From a virus, in IMG/VR virus record IMGVR_UViG_3300009593_002680: a stretch of 64,000 bases of DNA; one strand, 5' to 3'. Each line of letters opens with the position of its first letter. Positions within the stretch are counted from its first letter, which is position 1. Under the pieces are notes generated by a model, which had not been told where the DNA came from, did not search any database, and worked only from the letters and a program-made list of their open reading frames with translations. The position numbers and the translations under genes were made by a program. Below are positions 19,459 through 26,943 of the stretch, piece after piece.

Positions 19459-19487
19459 AAAAAAGCACACCTAGGTGTGCTTTTTTT
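19459..19487. terminator. Bidirectional Rho-independent terminator
   Basis: A6-GCACACC-TA-GGTGTGC-T7, with the same stem as the terminator at 6033-6061. Confidence 0.9.
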
Positions 19488-19489
19488 AT

Positions 19490-19735
19490 GATTGATTGAA
19501 AACACATATGGAAAGAACACAAACAGATAATCATTAATATTGTGTTCGGCGTTTATTGTGGTTTTGTTGGATTAGACGTTGAAATAATGCATTCCAGTAG
19601 ACGTAGAAGCAACTCAGCCAATCTAATAGAAGAAAGTGTTGTAGATGAGTAACACTTTTTTCTAGCGGTATTCTTATTACCTGAACATCGAGAATAGTAG
19701 GTATTAACTACTTATTAACACATATAAAACACATT
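19490..19735. ncRNA. Candidate structured ncRNA or origin region with tandem hairpins, strand unresolved
   Basis: No credible ORF. Inverted repeats at 19515-22/19540-47, 19571-76/19622-27, 19633-40/19651-58, 19669-74/19691-96 and 19696-700/19708-12. Confidence 0.4.
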
Positions 19736-19829
19736 TATCCGGTAAATATATACACCAATCGAAAACAACACAACATAACCCACATGTGAATATCCTGTGG
19801 ATAACATGTTGAAAACTTTTAGGAAAAGG

Positions 19830-19858
19830 TTGACAACTACCCTTAAAAACTATATAAT
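19830..19858 (+). promoter_or_regulatory. sigma70 promoter
   Basis: TTGACA-N17-TATAAT. Confidence 0.8.
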
Positions 19859-19935
19859 AATAGATTACTGTGACAAAACAGACAGTATTTTTGTCGGTTG
19901 GTAGCAGTAATATAATAATAAAAAAGGAGGATTAA

Positions 19936-20577
19936 ATGAAAAATTTAATCAATATTGAGAATGGATTCAAAGTAGCAGTAATACTATTGCTTTCTATGAT
20001 TGCATTCGGGGCCCAAGCGGCTTCAGTGAGCGGAAACGTTGGTTACGGAAGTGATTACGTTTTCAGAGGTCAATCTCAAACACAAGGCGATAGTGCTTTA
20101 TCAATGGGTCTACACTTAGACGCAGGTAAAGGCATTTATGCTGGAGTCTGGGCATCAGAAGTTTCTTATGCTGGCAGTGATGCTGACAGAGAAACAGACA
20201 TGTATGTTGGTTGGGCTGGATCAATGGGAGACATTAGTCTTGACGTTGGTTACATCGACTATGCATATAGTGGTGATGGCTCTTTAGATGGTTCAGAGTA
20301 TTTTATCTCAGGATCATGGAAAGATTTGACTGTATCTCACAACATCGGAAACGATGACTTCAACGACTACACAGAAGTCTCATATAACGTAATGGACGCA
20401 GTTGATGTGTCTTATGGTTCATGGGATAATGTAGGCGACAATTGGTCAGTGAGTAGAAGTTTTGATTTACCTATGGGTATTGAAGGAACAGTTGCTTATG
20501 TGGACTTTGCCGCTGAAGACGGCTCAGGACTTGCAGACGAAGATACTTTTGTATTTTCAGTTAGCAAATCATTCTAA
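19936..20577 (+). CDS. TorF/TIGR02001-family outer-membrane beta-barrel protein
   Basis: Signal peptide, SGNVGYGSDYVFRGQSQT, YAGVWAS, ETDMYVGW and a C-terminal Phe. Confidence 0.85.
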   Translation: MKNLINIENGFKVAVILLLSMIAFGAQAASVSGNVGYGSDYVFRGQSQTQGDSALSMGLHLDAGKGIYAGVWASEVSYAGSDADRETDMYVGWAGSMGDISLDVGYIDYAYSGDGSLDGSEYFISGSWKDLTVSHNIGNDDFNDYTEVSYNVMDAVDVSYGSWDNVGDNWSVSRSFDLPMGIEGTVAYVDFAAEDGSGLADEDTFVFSVSKSF

Positions 20578-20620
20578 CATTAGTTAGATAAGTCCTTTTA
20601 AGTTATTAATAACATAAGAT

Positions 20621-20652
20621 AGGGTAATATTTAGGTATTGCCCTTTCTTTTT
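20621..20652 (+). terminator. Rho-independent terminator
   Basis: AGGGTAATA/TATTGCCCT stem followed by a U-rich tract. Confidence 0.7.
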
Positions 20653-20684
20653 GACTAAAAAACCACAATATATGCATATTCTGG

Positions 20685-20713
20685 TTGACAAATACCACAA
20701 GATGTTGTAATAT
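20685..20713 (+). promoter_or_regulatory. sigma70 promoter
   Basis: TTGACA-N17-TAATAT. Confidence 0.65.
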
Positions 20714-20746
20714 AAGCATATTAACTAAACATCATAGGAGTAAAAT

Positions 20747-20953
20747 ATGATAGACTTTAAAGAAATCGCTTTAAACACTTTAACTGGATTGTACTGGATA
20801 ACTATTCTAACAATAGTAGTAGTTGCATATGGCTACCTAATTAGCCTATTTAACCTACCTGAAGCAGTAGAAACACTTATATTGTTCTTGCCCTTAGTAT
20901 TATTTGCGGCTTACAATATGGGTGCATTAAGACGTATTAATTCAAAAAAATAG
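20747..20953 (+). CDS. Small 2-TM membrane protein
   Basis: 68 aa, AGGAG RBS, two hydrophobic helices. Confidence 0.7.
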   Translation: MIDFKEIALNTLTGLYWITILTIVVVAYGYLISLFNLPEAVETLILFLPLVLFAAYNMGALRRINSKK

Positions 20954-20954
20954 G

Positions 20955-20983
20955 TTGACATTTACCAGATAATCTGGTATAAT
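20955..20983 (+). promoter_or_regulatory. sigma70 promoter with a palindromic operator, leaderless geometry
   Basis: TTGACA-N17-TATAAT-7 nt-ATG, with TACCAGAT-A-ATCTGGTA at 20963-20979. Confidence 0.8.
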
Positions 20984-20990
20984 TGTTACT

Positions 20991-21431
20991 ATGACTATGC
21001 ATCTTGCACAGGGTCTTACGACTCTTAGGAATAAAAAGTATAAGCCTAAAATGACAAAGGCTAATGTAGCCAAATGGCAAGAAGGCTTAAGACTTAAAAA
21101 TAAAGAGCATAAAAGATTGGGTTTACCTAAGTGGTCTTTTGAGCAGTATGTTGATTACTGTCACGGAATATCACCTAAGGTAGACCCAAGAAGTAGAGAA
21201 GCATTTAAGCCTAGAAAAGATACGGTTGCTGATGAAAGAATGCGTGAGCAAAGAGAATATGCAGAAAAGTATCCTAGTATGCCTTTAACAGGCGGAGGTG
21301 GTACTGCTGAAGATATTGCATGGCAACGAGAGAAAGCAGAAATATGCAAGAACTATACTATTGCTCCTGCTTACAATAAAGGTGCATATCAAGTAATTGG
21401 TAAAAATAATATTAAGGATATTGGTAAATGA
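20991..21431 (+). CDS. Conserved phage hypothetical protein
   Basis: C-terminal TIAPAYNKGAYQVI motif familiar from T4-like marine phages. Confidence 0.75.
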   Translation: MTMHLAQGLTTLRNKKYKPKMTKANVAKWQEGLRLKNKEHKRLGLPKWSFEQYVDYCHGISPKVDPRSREAFKPRKDTVADERMREQREYAEKYPSMPLTGGGGTAEDIAWQREKAEICKNYTIAPAYNKGAYQVIGKNNIKDIGK

Positions 21432-21622
21432 CTTTTACAGAAGATGAAGCCAAAGTGGCAATTATGCGATTGAATGGTGAAATAGTTGATTGTAGTATTT
21501 GTTTTAAACCTATGCTATATAAACATTCACACAATGCAAGTCCTGTATCAGATAAAAGATGTTGTGAAAAATGTAATTACGATGTAGTAATACCTAATAG
21601 GATGGAAAATTACAATGCGTAA
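21428..21622 (+). CDS. Small Cys-rich protein
   Basis: CxxC...HNASPV...CCxxC, coupled to the upstream gene. Confidence 0.65.
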   Translation: MTFTEDEAKVAIMRLNGEIVDCSICFKPMLYKHSHNASPVSDKRCCEKCNYDVVIPNRMENYNA

Positions 21623-21707
21623 CCCATTACCAGATATAATTGTAACTCTAGCCATACTCACAATGATATTTGTAGCAGTTCAGAATTGGCAAGGAGTAAT
21701 GACTTGA
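21615..21707 (+). CDS. 30-aa single-TM peptide
   Basis: MRNPLPDIIVTLAILTMIFVAVQNWQGVMT fills the gap between coupled genes. Below the track cutoff. Confidence 0.5.
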   Translation: MRNPLPDIIVTLAILTMIFVAVQNWQGVMT

Positions 21708-21976
21708 GTAGAAACAATAATATAGAGTTAGCCAAACTAGATAGTGGCGAATATGTGTATGGAACTTATAATGAAGTAGAAGCATACGCAGATGTAAACA
21801 ATACTGTAGTAGATAGATATTTGGATCATGTAAATCCTTCTACAGTTTACAATCATTTTAAATGGGTAGGAAAAGGATTATCAGATCCTTATAGTGTTAG
21901 TGTACCATTTGACTATAGACAATCAAGAGCCAAAGGAAATTTTAATGCACGTGGTGTTGACCAGGATAAATTTTAA
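21704..21976 (+). CDS. Hypothetical protein
   Basis: TTG start 7 nt after AGGAG, in the same frame as track ORF 21686..21976. Confidence 0.65.
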   Translation: MSRNNNIELAKLDSGEYVYGTYNEVEAYADVNNTVVDRYLDHVNPSTVYNHFKWVGKGLSDPYSVSVPFDYRQSRAKGNFNARGVDQDKF

Positions 21977-21977
21977 T

Positions 21978-22139
21978 ATGGTAGAAAAAATTAAACATTG
22001 GGCCAATGTATGTAAAATACACTGGAGAGAAATTATTACATTGTCTATAGCATTACATTGGGCAGTAGACTTATTAATAATTGTTCCTATAACATTAACA
22101 ATAGGATATTTTACAGGAGTCCACTTTGGCGGACACTAG
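21978..22139 (+). CDS. Small membrane protein
   Basis: Hydrophobic C-terminal half. Start moved to the ATG at 21978. Confidence 0.6.
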   Translation: MVEKIKHWANVCKIHWREIITLSIALHWAVDLLIIVPITLTIGYFTGVHFGGH

Positions 22140-22257
22140 TGAATGGGACAAACATGTTGCCATATCAGAATTATTAGATGTGGATTTGAAGTGTCCACAT
22201 TGTGAAGAGGTTTTAAAGAAAGCAGATGAGCGAAGAAAACAAAGAACAGAAAAGTAA
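22126..22257 (+). CDS. 43-aa CPHC-containing protein
   Basis: TTG start after AGGAG; MADTSEWDKHVAISELLDVDLKCPHCEEVLKKADERRKQRTEK. Below the track cutoff. Confidence 0.55.
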   Translation: MADTSEWDKHVAISELLDVDLKCPHCEEVLKKADERRKQRTEK

Positions 22258-22492
22258 AGGTCAATGGCACGGAGGAAAAGGTTCTGTGCAAAAACCTAGT
22301 GACCAAGACAAGTATGCAGAGAATTGGGATAAGATTTTTGGTAAGAAAAAGACATTATCAAAACGTGAACAAGTATTATTAAACCCAAAACTGTATTACA
22401 ATAAAAACGATAAAGACTCAGGTTCACCCCAAGGTCCAGAAGGCACATATACAGATGATGCAAAACCAACACCTGGTGCTAAAGGAGACTAA
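22226..22492 (+). CDS. Hypothetical protein
   Basis: WHGGKGS...YAENWDKIFGK motif common in marine phage small proteins. Confidence 0.7.
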   Translation: MSEENKEQKSKGQWHGGKGSVQKPSDQDKYAENWDKIFGKKKTLSKREQVLLNPKLYYNKNDKDSGSPQGPEGTYTDDAKPTPGAKGD

Positions 22493-22719
22493 TGAATCAA
22501 AATGAAAAACCATATCAGGGCCTAGCCTGGTTTGCTACTACAATATTAATACTAGCGGCTAGTTTGGCAAGTTTTGTACCACACTTAGAATTACATCACT
22601 ATGCTTTTATTACTGCAAATAGTTTGTGGGTTTATGTAGGAATAATGTGGAAAGAACAAACTGTATGGGTTTTAAATGGCGGACTTACAATAATATATGT
22701 CTTAGGATTAGCATTTTAA
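22492..22719 (+). CDS. Small 3-TM membrane protein (paralog of 32253..32633)
   Basis: LAWFAT...WVYVGIMWKE..VWVLN pattern. Confidence 0.7.
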   Translation: MNQNEKPYQGLAWFATTILILAASLASFVPHLELHHYAFITANSLWVYVGIMWKEQTVWVLNGGLTIIYVLGLAF

Positions 22720-22721
22720 GG

Positions 22722-22749
22722 TTGACAAATAACAAAAGTAAAGTATAAT
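22722..22749 (+). promoter_or_regulatory. sigma70 promoter
   Basis: TTGACA-N16-TATAAT. Confidence 0.75.
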
Positions 22750-22787
22750 AAATTTATTAACATAAAGACCTAGGAGGGTCGCTCAAT

Positions 22788-23960
22788 ATGTCAAAAACTT
22801 ACGCAGATAAAAAGAACTCGAGGTTCCAAGAACAGGAAAGTAACTATGTTGATGTAAATCAACGTCTAACTGACTGTATTCAATTAAATCCTATTCTCTC
22901 TAAAAAACTTAAAAGTGGTGTAGCAGAATGGATAGGTAGAAACCCCAAGTTGAAAAAATGGGCCGACATGGCTCTTGTAACAGCCGCACCAACAGACTTA
23001 ACATTAGCAGATATCGATATAGATACTACAATGCAACGTCAAGTAAACTGGCGACACATACTTGCTATCTTACTTAAATTTAGCGAAAGCATGGTAATGC
23101 CTATACAATGTAATATTAATCCAGAAACAGGCAGACTAAATGCTTGGGACGGACAACACACAGTCATTGTGTTGTATATTATTGCAGTTTGGATATTTGG
23201 ATTAAATCCTAAAGAAGTAAAAATACCAGTAAACATTTACCCAAGAGCAAAACGTTTAGATATTAGACGTAACTTTATATTGCTAAATGGTGATGCTAAA
23301 GATCCATTAGATACAATTGATTTAGTTGAATCAATGATTATGGGTGTGAATGTTGATGGATCAGATGATGCTGAATGGGTAGAGATGTCAGAGAAACAGG
23401 CAATGATGGCAGAAGTTGGATTGTTCATGACACACAAGAAGTTGGGCGATGAAGATGAAGCAGGTGCATTTACACTATTAGCAGATACTGTTTACTCGAA
23501 AAAGAAAGACAAGCAGAAGCCTAAAGAAGTTACACAAATGTTCTGTGACTATTGGGCATACATTGACCAAGAACGTCCTGTACAAGCAAAAGAAGCCAGA
23601 CAGTTGTATGAGTTCTTTAACTTACTATACGAACAAGGCATCGATGTTACTGATGATTACTTGGTACAGTTTGCGGCATTCACAAAACAACACTTTAATG
23701 CAGACTTTAGCCCTGATGGTCAATTTTGGTTAAAAGTAAGAGCAAGTTTTGAGAATTGGTATAAAGCATTTCATAGAAAAGATCCTAATAAAATATGTCC
23801 TAAGACTGGAGACATTATAGCAAGAAACTATTGGGCTTCAGAAATATATACAGGACTACCTTTCTTAATTGCTCAAATGAATAAAAGTGTACCAGATATG
23901 CAAACACCGTTCTATGATGCTCCTAGTGGTTACAAACCTAAGGAAAATGAACTATGGTAA
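22788..23960 (+). CDS. ParB/Srx-fold (DGQH-motif) protein
   Basis: IDIDTTMQRQ...AWDGQHT...FILLN pattern of ParB/Srx-like N-domains. Confidence 0.7.
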   Translation: MSKTYADKKNSRFQEQESNYVDVNQRLTDCIQLNPILSKKLKSGVAEWIGRNPKLKKWADMALVTAAPTDLTLADIDIDTTMQRQVNWRHILAILLKFSESMVMPIQCNINPETGRLNAWDGQHTVIVLYIIAVWIFGLNPKEVKIPVNIYPRAKRLDIRRNFILLNGDAKDPLDTIDLVESMIMGVNVDGSDDAEWVEMSEKQAMMAEVGLFMTHKKLGDEDEAGAFTLLADTVYSKKKDKQKPKEVTQMFCDYWAYIDQERPVQAKEARQLYEFFNLLYEQGIDVTDDYLVQFAAFTKQHFNADFSPDGQFWLKVRASFENWYKAFHRKDPNKICPKTGDIIARNYWASEIYTGLPFLIAQMNKSVPDMQTPFYDAPSGYKPKENELW

Positions 23961-24403
23961 AGTTAAGACTCAGAGAAGAAGACGTAGAAAAGCCAGACAG
24001 GCTCATTAAAGAGCAAATGGGCATGAAATGTATGCTTGAAGATTGCGATGAAGAGTTGACTACTATGACTGGACCAGGTAGTAACATACTATGTAGAGAG
24101 CATCAATTAGAATGTGTTGAATATGGAGGTATGGGTAAACCAGAAAGACCTTGGACATTTTATAGAACTATGGAATGTGCAAAGTGTGGATATAACCCGA
24201 CTGAAGATCCACAGTTCGAAGAGATAGAAGATGAGTATCATAGACTTCGTGTAATGCGAGCCATTATGCATGGTGACCATATACACCTAAAGAGCCAAGG
24301 CGGTGCTAATACGAAGGATAACATACAGACATTATGTGTTAAATGCCATATGATTAAAACATATAAGGATAAGGATTATTTAGGTGCCAAACAAAACAAT
24401 TGA
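23954..24403 (+). CDS. HNH endonuclease with Zn-binding Cys motifs
   Basis: HGDHIHLKSQGGANTKDNIQTLCVKCHMIKT. Confidence 0.88.
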   Translation: MVKLRLREEDVEKPDRLIKEQMGMKCMLEDCDEELTTMTGPGSNILCREHQLECVEYGGMGKPERPWTFYRTMECAKCGYNPTEDPQFEEIEDEYHRLRVMRAIMHGDHIHLKSQGGANTKDNIQTLCVKCHMIKTYKDKDYLGAKQNN

Positions 24404-24764
24404 AGAATATCTAGAAGGACAGATTAACGATGACTTCAAAAACAGTATCTTAGTTATTTGTGCTCCTGTTAAAGATGATGGTGACTATGACTGGATTACA
24501 GAAGGTGCTGTACATAATGCTATACTGCCTATCACTAAATGGCTAGAAGATAATGATATAAGCGGTGAAATGCGTATGAACTATGGCTCACCTAAATTAG
24601 AATCAGTAGGTCATAGTCATGATTTTTGTGTAAATGTTTGGATAAGACCTAAAGAGAAAAAATTTACTGCTGAAGAAGAAATGGTTTTTAAATTAAAGTT
24701 TAATGACCTAATACCTATAACTGACCTTAAACCATATATGGATAAATTCCTATCAGGGAAATAA
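24384..24764 (+). CDS. Hypothetical protein
   Basis: 126 aa, GTG start, overlaps the HNH gene. Confidence 0.65.
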   Translation: MPNKTIEEYLEGQINDDFKNSILVICAPVKDDGDYDWITEGAVHNAILPITKWLEDNDISGEMRMNYGSPKLESVGHSHDFCVNVWIRPKEKKFTAEEEMVFKLKFNDLIPITDLKPYMDKFLSGK

Positions 24765-24770
24765 GTCAAT

Positions 24771-24794
24771 AAAAAAGCAGACCGAAGTCTGCTC
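24771..24794 (-). terminator. Rho-independent terminator with a UUCG loop
   Basis: GCAGAC-UUCG-GUCUGC followed by U6 on the minus strand. Confidence 0.85.
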
Positions 24795-24825
24795 TCTTAC
24801 TAGAATGTCTATTCTAAAATTGTAC

Positions 24826-25164
24826 TTATGTGCCGATTTCTAAAGGCTTTGCAGTACATACTGCTCCACTTATATCAACGGAATCAACTGTACCTAATGC
24901 TCTGATTCTTGCTTGAAGTCCTGAATCTAATGCACCTTCAATAATAAAAGTTTGCTCAGTGTTTGAATTGTGTAATCCACCTGCGGCTAATATAACTCTT
25001 GTTTCTTGAATAGCATTTAATACGGCTTGTTGAGCACCATCAGGTCCAGCACTACCGTTAATTGCATTAATGTAATCAATTGTGAAGATAGAAACATCTT
25101 TACCGATTACCTCAGATGCAGAACCTGTAGTAGTTGCACTTGGGTTTGTTTTTGCTATTGCCAT
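24826..25164 (-). CDS. Small virion structural protein (possible capsid decoration), paralog of 25284..25652
   Basis: Own TAAATA promoter, AGGAG RBS and terminator. Shares IGKD..IFxID and ALGTVD motifs with its neighbour. Confidence 0.7.
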   Translation of the reverse strand: MAIAKTNPSATTTGSASEVIGKDVSIFTIDYINAINGSAGPDGAQQAVLNAIQETRVILAAGGLHNSNTEQTFIIEGALDSGLQARIRALGTVDSVDISGAVCTAKPLEIGT

Positions 25165-25234
25165 TGTTTTCTCCTAATTAGGTTAGACTTTTACGTCTTG
25201 TTACATGTATTTATGCAATATAGGGATTTTAGTC

Positions 25235-25265
25235 AAAAAGAAAGGAGCAATAATGCTCCCTTCTT
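25235..25265 (-). terminator. Rho-independent terminator
   Basis: GGAGCA/TGCTCC stem with a U-rich tract on the minus strand. Confidence 0.7.
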
Positions 25266-25283
25266 CTATAATAATTTTAAGAC

Positions 25284-25652
25284 TTATAGGTCAAATGCGG
25301 CAACTGTTGCTGATGCAAGGTTAATTCCATCTACAGTTCCTAATGCTATAACAACATCTTCTAAGTGAGCCGCTAGGGTTTCACTGTTTGTTCCGTCGTA
25401 TGTATCAGTTCCGTGTTCACCTTCAAAAAGAATTTTAAGTCCTTGTCCAGTTCCACCTGTGTTATCAACTGTACCAATTGCTAAAGGTGTTAGACCTTCG
25501 TTTTGAATTGCTTTCATTGTTGCGTCTACGGCTGAGCCTACTGCCAATTTAGCAGAACAGTCTGCGCCGAAATCTATTTGGATACCCGCAAGTACTTTAC
25601 CACCTACGTGTCCAGCGGCTACTGCCGCGCCTGAGTTTTGAGTTTGTGCCAT
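25284..25652 (-). CDS. Small virion structural protein (possible capsid decoration)
   Basis: TATAAATA promoter, AGGAG RBS, Ala/Gly/Thr-rich, ends ALGTVDGINLASATV. Confidence 0.7.
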   Translation of the reverse strand: MAQTQNSGAAVAAGHVGGKVLAGIQIDFGADCSAKLAVGSAVDATMKAIQNEGLTPLAIGTVDNTGGTGQGLKILFEGEHGTDTYDGTNSETLAAHLEDVVIALGTVDGINLASATVAAFDL

Positions 25653-25776
25653 TTTATGACTCCTAATTTGTTGTGGAAACTACATTGTTGTATATTTCCT
25701 AGTTGCTATTATTTATATAAAATGCCCAAAAAAACAAGGTTTTTAAAAAAATAATACAAAAAGATGTAAAAAAAGG

Positions 25777-25824
25777 TTGATTTTTGCCAATAAAGTACTA
25801 TATAATACATATAGATTATAAATA
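25777..25824 (+). promoter_or_regulatory. Tandem sigma70 and T4-type late promoter with upstream A-tracts
   Basis: TTGATT-N18-TATAAT (25777-25806), then TATAAATA (25817-25824). Confidence 0.7.
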
Positions 25825-26200
25825 TCTTTGCAATTACAAAAGTAAGGGCAACAGGATCGTAAGTGAATGACGTCTACTACAATTGAAATTGCATGTATTA
25901 TCAACGGAAAGGTAACACAAGGTAATTGGATCGTAAGTGAAAAAAACCGACTGGTGACCAAACAAAGAAGATAATACATTATTAAGACATAGTCTTAAAA
26001 AGAGCTCGGACAAAGCGAAATCTTCGGACTAGTGGAGTTTTAAAAAGAGCTCGGACAATGTCTACTTGGGTTGCCCAACAAAGGACTTTAATTGGCAAGA
26101 GTTAAAGAAACCAAGAAGTGCAACAAGTAGGAAGAAGGGACAGGACACACACTAACGAATGCCCCTTCATCCCGCGAACTTTTTATTCGCCATATGGGTT
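25825..26200 (+). ncRNA. Candidate structured, GGA-rich ncRNA or long leader
   Basis: Two pairs of direct repeats (14 and 19 nt), long-range closing helices and 11 GGA motifs; see findings. Confidence 0.55.
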
Positions 26201-26244
26201 TAAAAAGTTGGAATAGATAAACTTGCTAAATATAGGAGATTATT

Positions 26245-26682
26245 ATGAATAAGCAAATCCGATTCACAACCGAATCACTATCCCCACTATATAAAATGAG
26301 TATAGGTTTTGACAGACTAGCAGAACAGTTTTTCAATGACCCTACTTTCTCAAATGCACAAACAGGCTATCCGCCTTATAACATTGCCAAAAAAGAAGAT
26401 GATATATATGAAGTCACTCTTGCAGTAGCAGGATTCAAAAAAGACGACATTGATATTTCACTTGAAGATGGCACACTTATTATAAAAGGTGAAAGCAACG
26501 TGCTAGATGAGTCCGTTGAATATCTTCATAAAGGTATTGCTGAAAGAAACTTTATTAGAACTTTCAAACTTGCAGAGTTTGTTGAAGTTAAAGAAGCAAA
26601 ACTTGAGGACGGTATTTTAAGAGTTTCATTATTTAGGAATGTTCCTGATGCCATGAAACCGAAAAAAATCGAGATATCATAA
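26245..26682 (+). CDS. Small heat-shock protein Hsp20 (IbpA-like)
   Basis: IGFDRL, YPPYNI, LAVAGF, YLHKGIAERNF and AKLEDGIL motifs. Confidence 0.95.
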   Translation: MNKQIRFTTESLSPLYKMSIGFDRLAEQFFNDPTFSNAQTGYPPYNIAKKEDDIYEVTLAVAGFKKDDIDISLEDGTLIIKGESNVLDESVEYLHKGIAERNFIRTFKLAEFVEVKEAKLEDGILRVSLFRNVPDAMKPKKIEIS

Positions 26683-26732
26683 AATTGCGGTAAATATGTG
26701 GGTAGCAGTATTTTCTGCTACCTACAATAATT

Positions 26733-26936
26733 ATGGCAAAAAAAGACAAAAGAAAGACGTTAGTTTATTTGATTCCTGAAGGTGAAACAAGGGACAGTCA
26801 TACCTATCATTATACAGCATTGAAAACAAAAAGGTTGACAATTGAAAATATTAAGTTAAAATTAAGAAAGTATAATCCGGTAAAGCGAAAACACGAAATG
26901 TTCGTTGAAGCAAAATTACCACCACATAGTAAATAG
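26733..26936 (+). CDS. rpmG: Ribosomal protein bL33 (zinc-free type)
   Basis: MAKK...LxLxxxG..Y...K.KR...KLKLRKYNPVKRKHEMFVEAK pattern, no CxxC. Confidence 0.82.
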   Translation: MAKKDKRKTLVYLIPEGETRDSHTYHYTALKTKRLTIENIKLKLRKYNPVKRKHEMFVEAKLPPHSK

Positions 26937-26943
26937 GTACAAT

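Noticed and set aside
23954-24403. Group I intron or homing endonuclease insertion
   Set aside because: The flanking ORFs do not look like halves of one interrupted gene, and no intron core elements were recognised.
25743-25979. 78-aa minus-strand ORF
   Set aside because: It spans the promoter and A-tract region, has no RBS, and its composition reflects poly-A/T tracts.
25995-26058. Mini-CRISPR array from the 19-nt direct repeat
   Set aside because: Only two copies, shorter than typical CRISPR repeats, with a 26-nt gap and no cas genes in the window. It is better explained as part of a structured RNA.
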